Assembly: GCF_041956535.1 (NCBI RefSeq)
Contig: NW_027192205.1
Coordinates: forward strand, 310,085 to 374,084
Reading direction: 5' to 3'
Source of the DNA: Calcarisporiella thermophila CBS 279.70
Lineage: Eukaryota > Fungi > Calcarisporiellomycota
DNA length: 64,000 nucleotides
The notes beneath the pieces are model-generated. The model saw only the letters and a list, made by a program, of their open reading frames with translations, was not told the DNA's origin and searched no databases. Positions 51,278 through 63,244 of this stretch are shown piece after piece. The position numbers and the translations under genes are program-made. How positions within the stretch are numbered: the stretch's first letter is position 1; every line of letters starts with the position of its first letter.

Positions 51278-52776
51278 CTACCAGTAAACTATCTGTTGGT
51301 TAAACTGATTAAGATAATCAATCTCTGAGATACAGTCAGAATTTTCACGTTTAATTATTGCCTAGTAGTAGGTTCATATAAATAATAAATTAATATTCAG
51401 GAGATAAAATTACAATATCTTACCTGGGGAAGCTGCTCAGACAGCCTTGCAATACGGTTCTTGTGGGTAGGATGCGTGGAAATAAATTGGACTTGCAGAC
51501 TTTTATCTGCTTTTTCCATTCTCTCCCACATTTTTATAGCCTCCTATGATAAAAATCATATAATAAGGAAAAAAATCCACGATTAACTCTATTATATACA
51601 TTGATAATATGCCTTTGGATCGTAACAAGCTTGGGCCATCAACGTAAGTCCGATAGAATCTGCCTCGACCTCACAGTTTCTAGAAAAGGGCAATAATAAA
51701 CCGAACTCAAGAAAGAGGCGATTAAACAAGAAAGAAGGGTCAAAAAAGAAAGAGAGAAGTAGTTGGAAAATAAATACTAAGAGAAAAGTAAAGCCGTATA
51801 TTAGCTTAGTATGGATGTCAGAAAGTATAATTCTTAAAAGACCTACTGATTTTGAGACGTGAAATTTTCTCTGCATTATGTCGGGCTATCTGATGTGCAC
51901 ATTCATGTCCAAGCACGGCAGCCAGAGCATCTAGACATTGAAAATATAAATAGATAGTAGTATATTCATTAAACATAAAAAGATACTCTACCTTCATTTT
52001 GAGTGATCTCAAAAAGGCCAGTGAAAACAAAAATCTTACCACCAGGTAAAACAAATGCACTAATTTAGACAACAATAAGTTAATCTACGGGTATGTGTAT
52101 ATCGAATAAACTAACTTTTTTTCTTTCGATTCTATAACATAGACCTATAAAATATACTTGAGATTCATCCATTTAATTAAATGTAGGACATATCCGTTGG
52201 CTGTATACCTCCCAATTGAGATCATGTAAACCGCTAACGTTTATAATTCTCTGGGCAACGCGCCTCACCAATTTTGTGTATGGATGATTCTGGGGCAAAA
52301 TATATCGACCATATTGAGCCATTATCTGCTGGTATGCCTGTATTGCCATTGCTATTTTATTTAAATAAATATCAAAATTAATCAGCCGATATTATAATAG
52401 CTTCAAACCTTCTTCTTGTCGTGGAGTGATATCAATAAATCGACGACGCCCACTAAACAATTATAAATTAAATATTAGCGTTATATAATAAACTAAACAA
52501 AATCATTCACCTGAAAGGAACTGTTTCGAGATGATTTAAATAATATATGTATCCAACAAATCCTCCTGCACCGGACACAAGCCAGAAGCGCTTATTTTGG
52601 TAGATGGGTGTTTTATTGTGTTGGAATCTTTGGTACCCATCATTGTGAAATATACGCCTTTGTAAAGTCGAAGATAAAGGAAATCTGCGAAAGACATGAG
52701 ACGAAAAAAGAGTAGGACCTAAAGCTGAAAGATTATGTCCAAGTTTATACAATGCACGCGATCCTAGGTATCTCAT
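51278..52776 (-). CDS. OMA1: Mitochondrial M48 metalloendopeptidase
   Basis: LETVPFSGRRRF, NAFVLPGGKIFVFTG, LAAVLGHECAH (HExxH), PFSRNCEVEAD, ACYDPKEA and STHPTHKNR; presequence-like N-terminus. Confidence 0.93.
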
Positions 52777-53342
52777 GGCGAAAAATACTTGAATTTTCAA
52801 ATTTATCGAATTTTATTCGAATTAGCCAAAAAATAAAATCGCCACATCTCAGAATAGATCTCTTCTTCCTATTCTTTCAGTACTTAACCCATCTATATTA
52901 AAATAAAACTGTGTGTTCACAAATTTAATAAAGATACATTTCTATCTTGTCCATCTCAAACCAACTCTCAAGTAATGGTTTTCCAATGGCTACGTATTGG
53001 AATTGATTATGGGCCAATAAAATAATTAGGAAAATTAATTATTTTGAAAGAAATTGAAAAATTTTTGGAATATTTTGAAATTTTTAGATTCAATTGTTGA
53101 ATTTTTATAATTTTTTGTAAATTAATTTATTATGTATTATTATAATTATTATGACAAATTAGGATGGAAATTCTTCATTGATGTGACTATGCCTTTAGAT
53201 CTATTTCTTTTATTACAGACGTGATGATGTTTGAGATTTATCAAGGTTAGGTCGAATTATATAGTTGTATTAGTAGAATGAAATTTTGTATTAATATAAT
53301 AATATCATACAATTGGGAAGTTCGCATATCAAAGCAGCCATG

Positions 53343-53821
53343 TCATTTTTTAACAATATTAGCAGGATACTTAGCTTTTAAATTCCTAGAGCATTAACAA
53401 ATCATTAGCAGTCATCAAATATGAATGAAAAATTTTACTCACCTTATTCTTTTAAAGACTTGATCCAAATCTCCTTTTAATTCACGGATAATCTTAACCC
53501 GAATTTCAAATTTTTTCACTAATTCACTATATCGCGCAGTGCTAAATTCATTGAAGGCTGTGAGTTTCGTGGTATTCCTCTGAAGATTAGAACGACTTTA
53601 CACAGACTAGTGGTTAATGTAAAATTTAACCATTTGGCCATTCTAAAAAATTCTTACAGTTCCATCTGCTTTTCTAAAATATGATCTAAATCTTTATCAT
53701 TTACAACGCTTATGATGCGATTAGTAAACTCCTTAGTAGCATCAGTATCTACGGAAGAAGCTAGAGAAGATGACTCCGATTCTGCATGAACTTGTTCGCT
53801 AGATGTGAATGCTCGCCTCAT
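53343..53821 (-). CDS. KXD1: KxDL-motif protein (BORC/BLOC-1-associated), 119 aa, absent from the ORF track
   Basis: Exons 53821-53658, 53595-53443 and 53385-53343 give ...DLDHILEKQMELRSNLQRNTTKLTAFNEFSTARY...IIRELKGDLDQVFKRIRNLKAKYP. Confidence 0.85.
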
Positions 53822-54562
53822 TTTACTTTTAGGTGTATAGAGAATACTATTGAAGTTTTGACTGATATTAATTCTTGAGCTTCATTGAAATATTTGCAAA
53901 TTTGACACAAGCAAACTTGAAAATCAAAATAAACTCCTGTATAATCCCCACGATACCTATGTGAATAAGATCTACGTCATTTCATGAAATAAATATAAAT
54001 TAAAATCCTATGTGAGTAATCCAAAAATCGCCACAATATGTAATAAGGATAAACCACAATAGTTGACATGGATTCTAATATAAAATAGAAAAGAATTGAA
54101 AGAAATTTATTTGGACATGCTTTACAATAGATTTAATATCGTGTTTAAAATTATTTTATCTTCGCGGAAATTCGATATTCAAGTGAACACACGATCAATC
54201 AATAGCTGCCGAAAATTAGCATTATTGGTATAAAATTTTACTTTGAGTTGTCGCTTTTTTTTTTATTATGCATTATGAATAAATCATTAAATTACGTTAG
54301 TCTAATGATTCAGACATGATGTCAATAGAAAATAAAAATGTGCAGTGTTGATTCCCAGAAATATTATCGGACATAATAACCAATATATTATATTACTGTT
54401 TATTCTTAGCAAAGCTAAAAACAACATGAAAGCGAAGCAAAAAGCAAAAGGAAATTATATATAGTAATAAGAAAAAGGCGAAAATTTACAGGATATATTC
54501 AGACTAGGTTGAGAAGCAGGCGCAGTCATCTACATTTGTTCTTTGCAAGGTCAAGGCAAACT

Positions 54563-55772
54563 TTAGCCTTCCACAGTATTGCTCTCAGGTTCCGATTCTT
54601 CTTTTTGGAGTGCCGCTCTTTGTTCGTCCTCATGTTGTTGAGTAGCTTCCCCTACGCTCGTGGAACTTGGTTCAGCTTCAGGTTGGGAAGTCATTAAGTG
54701 CTCGTCCTCATTTCCAATATCAGTGCTGTGGTCTCTACCACGTTTGCGTTGGTACCATTGGTGCTTTCGCTCTTTCGTCTTGAGCTCTGTAAGGACTGCA
54801 TGTATCCTATCTCGTTCCAATTGAAGATTCATGAGATGAGAGCGCGCCAACTCGAGTTCCTTTGAATTATTTGGCTCCTTTTCCTCCTTCTCAAAACATT
54901 CACTTGTAGTACCTAGACATCGTTGAACCTGAGCATCGGCAATTTTAAGTTCGATTTTCTTCTGCTCAAGCTGTCTTTCTAAAAGCTAAAAATGTATAAC
55001 GTGCGTTAAATAAATACAATTATATTTGTTCTAATAATAGAATATTAACCGCAATTCTACGTGCACGATCGATACTCCTTTGTTGAGCATATCCAGAGCG
55101 TACCGCATTAACTCGAGCCAAGCTCAATTTTCGACGCGGTGTCGAATTTTCTGTTATGTTCCCTTCACTAATCGAAGCGGATTTCACTAGCTGTGGGGGT
55201 ACACCATTCCTGCCTGGTGTCTTCACCGTAGATACGGTTTGAGAACTACCTACATCAGATATCGAATTAAGCGATGAATGTGGAATGGGCTCATTTTCTG
55301 AAGTGGAAGATTCGATAGCCGAAACAGATTTTCGAAATGCAGGAACAAGCGTAGGGAGTGAATGGGAATTTAGTCTGCGCTTCTGAGGTACACATGATTT
55401 AAGAGTATCTGTAAGTGCATCAGGTCCTAACCGCGTACGAATTTCGCGGATATATCGGCGAAGTGCAATTGCATGAAAAGGTTTGATTCCTGCTGCGTCA
55501 AGTAGTTCTCTCAAATCTTCCTCGTCCCACGAGATGATCTGCCACACATCATTGTCCCTCACCCCTGCGTCTATTAAACTCGGAAGGCATTGCTCAAGTT
55601 GAGCTCGTTGTAATAATTCGGTAAGTGTACTGGGGATTTCTAGAGTAGACTAGAATGTTTTTCAAATAAAAAAAACATTAATTTTAAATCTTTGTAATTA
55701 TACCAAGACTTCTAAAATTTCAGGACGAAGAATGTCTTGTTGATTTATTTTTCAAATCTAAGTTCTTACCAT
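54563..55772 (-). CDS. SAM-domain protein resembling the NAB co-repressor NCD1 domain, with C-terminal coiled coil
   Basis: TLTELLQRAQLEQCLPSLIDAGVRDNDVWQIISWDEEDLRELLDAAGIKPFHAIALRRYIRE. The start is inferred as an ATG-only first exon at 55772-55770 followed by GTAAGA. Confidence 0.7.
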
Positions 55773-55930
55773 TCACAACAGTTGATAAGTTGACAATATT
55801 TTTTATAAAGGAGAAGAAAAATTGGACTCTAAAACTTTTAGGCAAATCGACTCTGTTGTCTAAGTTTGACGCAATAAATTTCAGATTATTATATTAATAC
55901 AAAATATAGTGTCGTCTTTTATTATTGAAA

Positions 55931-58868
55931 TTATTCGGTAATTTCTAAAACTTCCCGTATCTCTGCAATACATCTGCGTCGTAAGGTCGTGTCTGCAAAT
56001 AATGCACAAATCATTCTTTCCAATTCTGAGAAACTGAACCAATGTAGTTCACCTTGGCGGAACCGATTCATAATCTCAGCAAGTGGGAGCTCGAGCATAT
56101 CTGTAAGTTGCAGATATTTTTTCCAATTAGGTACATGTTTCTCAACGGGGCTTCGAGGAGACGGCCTAAGAACTCGACGAGAAGGATCAGTTATGCTAAC
56201 GTCATCTCGAAATATAGTTTCTGCAGTATATAGCATGGTCATGAGGAGATTGAGCTGGTGCGATTCTGTCTCGGAAATATCGATGAGATCTTCTACTTCA
56301 CTAATTATTCGTCTAAGTACTCCATCTAAGAGTGATCCCACTGCATCAAGGCGTAATTTTTTTGGAAGAACCAATTTCCATGCCGAATTCAGATGGTTAA
56401 GAGTGAAGAGAACTTGCCGGATTGCACGTTCGCATTTTTCAAAAATCTCTTCTCTCGCAGTGTCCATAAAACCACCAGTCTCCTCCATAGCTTCCATCAG
56501 AATCTCCTGTTGCTTATTCTATAAAATTTTATCGATGATAGAACTAGAATTAGTAAGCTAAGAAGAGTGACTAATATACTATAGTAATAGCTTACAATAT
56601 GAATTGAAAACCACTCTTTCCCTAAACAGCGTAAACTGCTGGATACATCTTCAAAGTTGGCTACCCTCCTTCTGGTATCGTTTTTCTGCTTCAAAGTATA
56701 TTTCTTGGTCATTAGAGCCAATTCATTGCTCAAATAAAGGCAATCCGTGACAAAAGTCATGGCAAGAACGGGCACGTTTAAGAAATTACTACGATGATAA
56801 ACTGGCATTATAGCTTGGTAAAGCTTAAACAAGGATCGGATGCTATCACATAACCGTATTGCACTGTTATATATATAGAAGAAAAATATAATTAAAATTA
56901 GCTTGAATTTTGATCGTATGAAAATAAAATCGAATTCGGTACCAATAGTCATTAAGGCCTTCAGTTTCCCATAGCAAACTAGTGGCAATCTCAACTAGAG
57001 CGCGCGTCTTGATTGATATAGCAAAAGAGCCCAATAAGTCGGGGTCATCAAAATTCACTGTTTTTGTTTCAGAAACAGGCTCCGTATTTAGCCTATGGTC
57101 AATCTTAGATTTTATGCGCTTTTCTCTATCTAATTCATCCTCAACTCCCCATCCTGTATCCCAATCGTCTACTTCAAAGCGAAGCTTCTCGTCTGCCGTA
57201 GGAGGCATTTCTGACTGTAAATCCAGGTCATCCTCATCCCACCTAGCATTCCAATCCATTTCATCCTCTTTCTCGCTGTGGACTTGTAAATTAGGCTCTG
57301 GGCTAGAGTTCATGGTGTTAAAAATGGTTTCTGAAGAATAGTCATCTGTGAGCATGATCTGCCGCCCTTCCTCCAAGAGACGATCTCTCCTTCGTACTAC
57401 AAAATGATGATCAAGTTTCTCGATATAGTCACTGAGAAGCAATGTATCCTCTTGCAGCATATTCATATGTTGCAGGTCTTTCTCAAACTCTCGTGCATTC
57501 TTTGCAACGACCTCAAATGCCTTAAGTTCTGAGATCTCATTTGGTACGCATTTTGATAGATAATTGCGTATGATTAGCTCACACACATCTCCACTGACAA
57601 GTTTTCCCCACTGCCTTGTATATATTGCTGAGCAATTCGTGTCAGGAGCAATGAACACAAAATCATAAAAAAATCGGAAAATATCGCTCAAGCTGGAGAA
57701 GAATTGCGCTAAGAGAATAACAATATTAAACCATGCATATGTTTTTAATAAAAGAAAAAGAATATACCATGATCAGCTGCTTTTTTATTTTCACTCCAAT
57801 TTACTATAAGCTGAACTGGCCCATTTTCTTCTTGCATGATAGTAGTTAACAATGAATTGGGCAATCCATTCTCGAACAATGGAATAAATATATGCTTCAT
57901 GATATTGCGCTTCAGTGAGAGAAGATGCTGCTGAATTAGATTCAGCTGTTGCATACAAAATAACACATCCGCTAGTGGCACTGAGGATATTTTCGGACCT
58001 AATATGAAGGCATAAATTTATATTCCAAATTATTACAACTATACAAAATAATATACCAGATATACCAGAAATGATAGACACACAGCAGCCCTTTTCGATT
58101 TTTTTAAAGTTAACTGCCTTGGAAAAAAGCTCATCTAGCTGCTGATCAATAATATCGCGAAGAAGGAATCCATGTTCTTTGATCAGCTGAAAAATTTTTA
58201 TTTCTGTTTCTGAATAGGGACTCTCTTCAAGCAATCTATCCTGGAAAAATGAAAGTATGTTAGTAAACTCAAACTATATCTTGTAAAATACAAAGCTCAC
58301 CAATTCCACTAGATTATTTGTTGCTTCTAAGTAGTTAAACTCCCCTAGATGCGTCTCAAAAAGTTTAACGCATACCTGAAACTATTTACGACGGAAAAGA
58401 TTATCAGTTGAAGGCAATATCCAACGATCACGTAAAATATACTTTTTCAAGCAGTTCAAGTGATTCTAAAATCGATTTATTTCTTCTTGCATCATATTTA
58501 ATATCTAGATGCTCTTTGATAGATCTAGTAAACTCTGCAAATATACTAGTCTAAATCGATGAATTAGTATTACTGAATACATTTAGAGAATAATTGATAA
58601 AACCTCATGATCTTGTAGACCGATTTTGACTCTTTCAACTTCGCCCACTAGTTCAAAAATATGATTCAATAGATCCTTCGATTGGAAAAACGAATCTTCA
58701 AATTCATCAATTGATGTTGTGATGCGCTCATAAATTCGTGCCTAATGCGTAAAAAAATAAATCAATATCGGCATTCTCACTAAATTCTAAAAGAAATTTT
58801 GCCTTCAGTTTTTTTATATCTTTTTCTACACTATCCAGCAATTGATGTGATATCACTGTATTTGCCAT
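55931..58868 (-). CDS. ZW10: ZW10/Dsl1-family tethering/kinetochore protein
   Basis: C-terminal LIDISETESHQL...VPNWKKYLQLTDMLELPLAEIMNRFRQGELHWFSFSELERMICALFADTTLRRRCI; internal acidic W-D/E-rich loop; multi-exon. Confidence 0.88.
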
Positions 58869-58990
58869 TTTGAAGTTATTTCATTCAGAAGCAAAGAAAC
58901 TTTCAATTATAAAAATTCTAAGCCACTTTTTTATTGGCAATTAACAAAATTGCAGAAGAATATAGATGTGGGCTTCTAAAAAAAAACAGG

Positions 58991-60489
58991 TTAAGACGAA
59001 GTTGCGAATTCTACTCCTTTAGCGATATTCTTTTTAAGCTCAGGAATTGCAGCATTGATAAGCTCCTGCTCATAGGCACTGATTTCTCCCAAAGGATGAA
59101 TTTTTTCGACTCCATTAGGCTATAAAAAATGAATATAAATTTTCAGGCTCCAAGGAAAAAAAAAGGGTATAAGACTTACTCCGAGTTCAACATTGGTTGA
59201 GAAATATTCCAATCCTTCTTTAGCAAAGACATCTGATTTGACATATGTCGGTTCCACGATACCTTTCTCACCTTGAATCGCACGGAGTAAACTGAAAGTA
59301 AAGCGAGCACCTGCAAAGGCCATTGATAGAGTAGCAGAGCCGAGGCCATCTTTAGCTTTAACAACCTCATCGCCACCTAGTTCAATTAATAAACATTGGT
59401 ATCAATAGAAATAAAATCAAGGGCTAGACGATATTTTTACCATATTGAATGCGATGAGTAAGTTGCTTAAGTTCTTCCTCAGTAAACGAATGCCCAGTCT
59501 GAGAAAGAAGTGGCACAATAGTAACGCCTGAATGACCACCAACAACGGTCACTTTGGTGTCCTTGGGATCAGTACCCTTGAGCTCAGAAATAAAACGGGA
59601 GGCACGAACAACATCAAGAGTTGTCACTCCAAAAATGCGTTTTGGGTTATAAACGCCACGGCGTTTGAACACTTCGGCTACGATTGGGACGGTGGAATTT
59701 ACGGGGTTAGAAATAACGAGGATATGGGCTTCAGGGCAATGCCTATTAATAAATAAATATAAGTTTTATAAATACAGTTTCTAATAACTAGTTATAATAA
59801 TACTGACTGGGCGCAAGCGTCGGCGAGATCACGGACAATGCCGGCATTTGTTTTGAAAAGGTCGTCACGGGTCATACCTAAAAATGAAATATAAGACTTA
59901 ATGTACTCAATCTCTACGTATTTATAAGTAGAAATATACCAGGTTTACGAGGGACACCAGCAGGAATGACGACAACGTTGGCGTCAGTAAGGGCATTTTT
60001 GAGGCCATTATCCTTTGGAAGATGTCCAGTCACCTATCCCAGAAAAACCAAATGAGTACACTGAATTTTCAATACAACATTAGTGAAAAGAAACCTTTGA
60101 GCGAGTGTTGATATGTGCCAGATCTGCAGCAACTCCAGGCGTGTTGACAATGTCGTAAAGCGAGAGATCGGTAACAAGGTGTGACTCCTAAAGACAAAAA
60201 TACCCTTTAATATATATAAGAGGACACTAAGCATTAAGAAGCTTTACCTTGAGAAGCAAACTTAAGGGTTGACCAATACCACCTGCGGCACCAAGCACGG
60301 CGACTTTAGCAGCATTCTAATTAGGATATCATGGCAAGGATATTATTAGTAAGGTTAATGCTATTACGTTCAATGTTATAATAACAGAAACGGTAACAAT
60401 GAAAAAAGATGCTTAAAGACTCTTACCTGAATTGCGGAGGTAGAGAAGGCGCGCGTAGTAATGGAGACAAGATTTTTCGTAGCAAACAT
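58991..60489 (-). CDS. MDH1: Mitochondrial malate dehydrogenase
   Basis: Presequence [19 protein letters not shown]; [66 protein letters not shown] and GSATLSMA. Confidence 0.97.
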
Positions 60490-60962
60490 TTTTTTTTTGG
60501 ACTTTGAAATTGAAATTGAGATGCTCGAGAAACAATGATCCTTGCTTCAGGGGTTGAATTGAAAAATGTTTATTGAATAAGCCACAAGTTTACATTAAAG
60601 CCCGAAGTCATCCGATATTCAAATATTTTCTAATCACGTGCACAAGTAGAGTACGTTATAGTTAAAGCTAATCGACTCTGTTCTTAGCAGTGTCGAATAC
60701 CTTGGCCCATAATAGAGAATCCGAATAGAATGTTAATGGGGTAATTTGTGAAAAATTGATTATTCATCTTTATTTATCATAATACAAAATGCCATGAAAA
60801 GAAAACAAAAATAACATTTGAATTAAGGAAGTTGGTCCATCTTCAATGGAGATAAAACAATACTTCACACGCACATGAAATCTCCTGTGATTAATTACAC
60901 TAAAAAAAGGGGGGAAGCCTATGGATGGGGATACGAATTGATGTTGTAACGGATTGATACTA

Positions 60963-62031
60963 TCACTTCCGACGCCAGAAACCCATCACCACGACTGCAC
61001 TTCCAATAGCAAGAGCACAGGAATTGATCCACATAACAGCGAAAAAGTAGCTATTATTGAATTAAATAAATTATATATTCAAGGTTAATCTAAGTGGCAT
61101 TGTAACCATACCTCAAATTATGCTGGCGAAGAATTTCAACTCGGAAAAAGGCAAGGGCGAGAATAACAAAAAGAAGAACGGGAAGCATGACAAACATGAG
61201 GAATACAACTCCTCTAATCTTACGGTAGCTGGCCTTAACCTCGCGTAGACGTTGGGCGTAGACGTTGTTCTTGCCAGCCATATATTGGTTGCTGGATTGA
61301 ATTGCTTCGATGTTACGAGAGAGAATAGAAAGTAGCTGTCGTCCGAAGAAAATATAAAGTGACATAACAGAGCCAGCCACTACCCCCCACATAACATAGA
61401 GTGAGGTGACTAGGATATTATAAGTACCAATGTCACCACGATGGAATGCAAAGCCAGCAGCAGACGCAAGTGACTGATTAAGCACGATTGGTACAAGAAT
61501 AAGAGCAAGCATCAAGATATTAAGTTGAAGTGGCGAGGGAAGATATGGCGAGGATACTGATGTAGCCATTTCAATGTCATTGTAACTGTGCGGTGTAGCA
61601 AAGATTAAACCAGCGAGGTAAAACACGAGGGCTGAGGCAGCAAAATTCCAGGCAACATTTCCCCAATTTTCACGCGCAACCATGTCACCAGGACCAATAT
61701 TTGTGAACACAACTACGGCAAGTAGTCCACGGAAGAAAAAAAAGAATGCAGCATTAAGAATGAACATCTCTGTAGGCTTAGGTTGAATCGCCATCTCACG
61801 ACGCGAAAAGTCGCAAATCTTTTGATGCTTGCGCACAACACGATCGTAGAGAATCCAGCAGCAAAGAAGGAAAAAAATAGAGCAAAGCACAAGATGTGCG
61901 ACATACATATACGCAACGGCTTGGCCTCCATAACATCCATCGGCAGTGATGCGCCAGTCGCAGAAAGGTGTAGTTTCATCTACACCCGTTATATTAAGAG
62001 GCTCTCGTTTTTGCAACAAGTGAAACTCCAT
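60963..62031 (-). CDS. Multi-pass membrane protein, about 7 TM, receptor-like, unknown family
   Basis: Short N-terminus with an N-glycosylation sequon and CDWR...GC, six hydrophobic helices in the main exon and a seventh in the spliced last exon (YFFAVMWINSCALAIGSAVVVMGFWRRK). Confidence 0.7.
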
Positions 62032-63244
62032 GATTATGAAATAAGTAGCCCAGCTACCCCAAGGGTATTGAAACAAGGATTAACTCGAAAGTGAGAACCG
62101 AAGATATTCAAAAGGATGGAAATAACAAAGGTGAAATAAAATAGATACAATAGATATTTTTGTTCCGTATCGATAATACGGGGAATAGACCGTTTTCCCT
62201 AAGATGTTAATAAGGGTGATGAAAGAAGAGAGAGGAGAGGTGTAAGGGGAGGTATGGGCGCGAAGGAGTCAAGAGTGAAGGAAGCTTTGGGAGCAGAAAA
62301 AACACGGCGATTTCAGGAACGGTGGGTTTATAAACTGAAAGGATAACACAGATCATAGTTAAAACCTGCTTTTCTGCAAATAAAACATTTTTTCTTGCAC
62401 TTGCATCACCCTGTTTCTCTAATTATTGCTGTGCAGTTCAAAAAAAAGTTGTGCGCAACTTGTCTATCAATTGGTCACCATACCCAATCTTGGATAATGA
62501 ACAGGAATTGAAACCTGTCATGTATTGCGTATTCACTAGAAATTTTGCGAGCACTTGAAAAATCGCGAGATATAGTATATACTAATGTGAAACTATATAA
62601 TTTCTCTTCAACTATTGTAGCTTAAAAATACCCTTTAATACAACATAATTAGTACGTGTATTGTCAATTAATGAGCGCCCTTTTCAAAATTTTCAGAACA
62701 AGCTAAACGCCACCTCTGTGAGAAGAAAAATTAAAAAAAAAAAAACCGGAATATTAGATTTGTTGAGAGGAAAATTTTCGTATTTGCGAGGCGGGCGAGA
62801 AGTTGTATTTTGCTGCTTGATTAAAACATTAATTATATTTTTTTTCTATTAAAGGATCCCTCGACAGGTTCATTTTCATTTCCTCTTCGAATTGGATGCT
62901 CCAACTCTAATGTGCATTTCCTACGGTTAGTAAATCAAGTAATAATCTGCCGCACATGTAACGTAATGCATGTTCTGTGAACCAAAGATACGGCTCTTGT
63001 GAAAGCATACTTTTCGACTCTGAGTAGAAATCAGTTGCACTATCCATAATTAGATTATCAATGAGTTATCGTAATCGCATCGAAAACAAAAAGAGGAACT
63101 GATAGTTAGCTTGTAATTTAGTTTCAATATTATAAAATAAAAAAAAGCCCTTTCGAATAACATTGAAAATGTTTTAGAGGTCTCTAAAGTTAACAAAAGT
63201 ATCAGAATGTAGAACTACAAATAATGTAAATGCCCACAAACACC

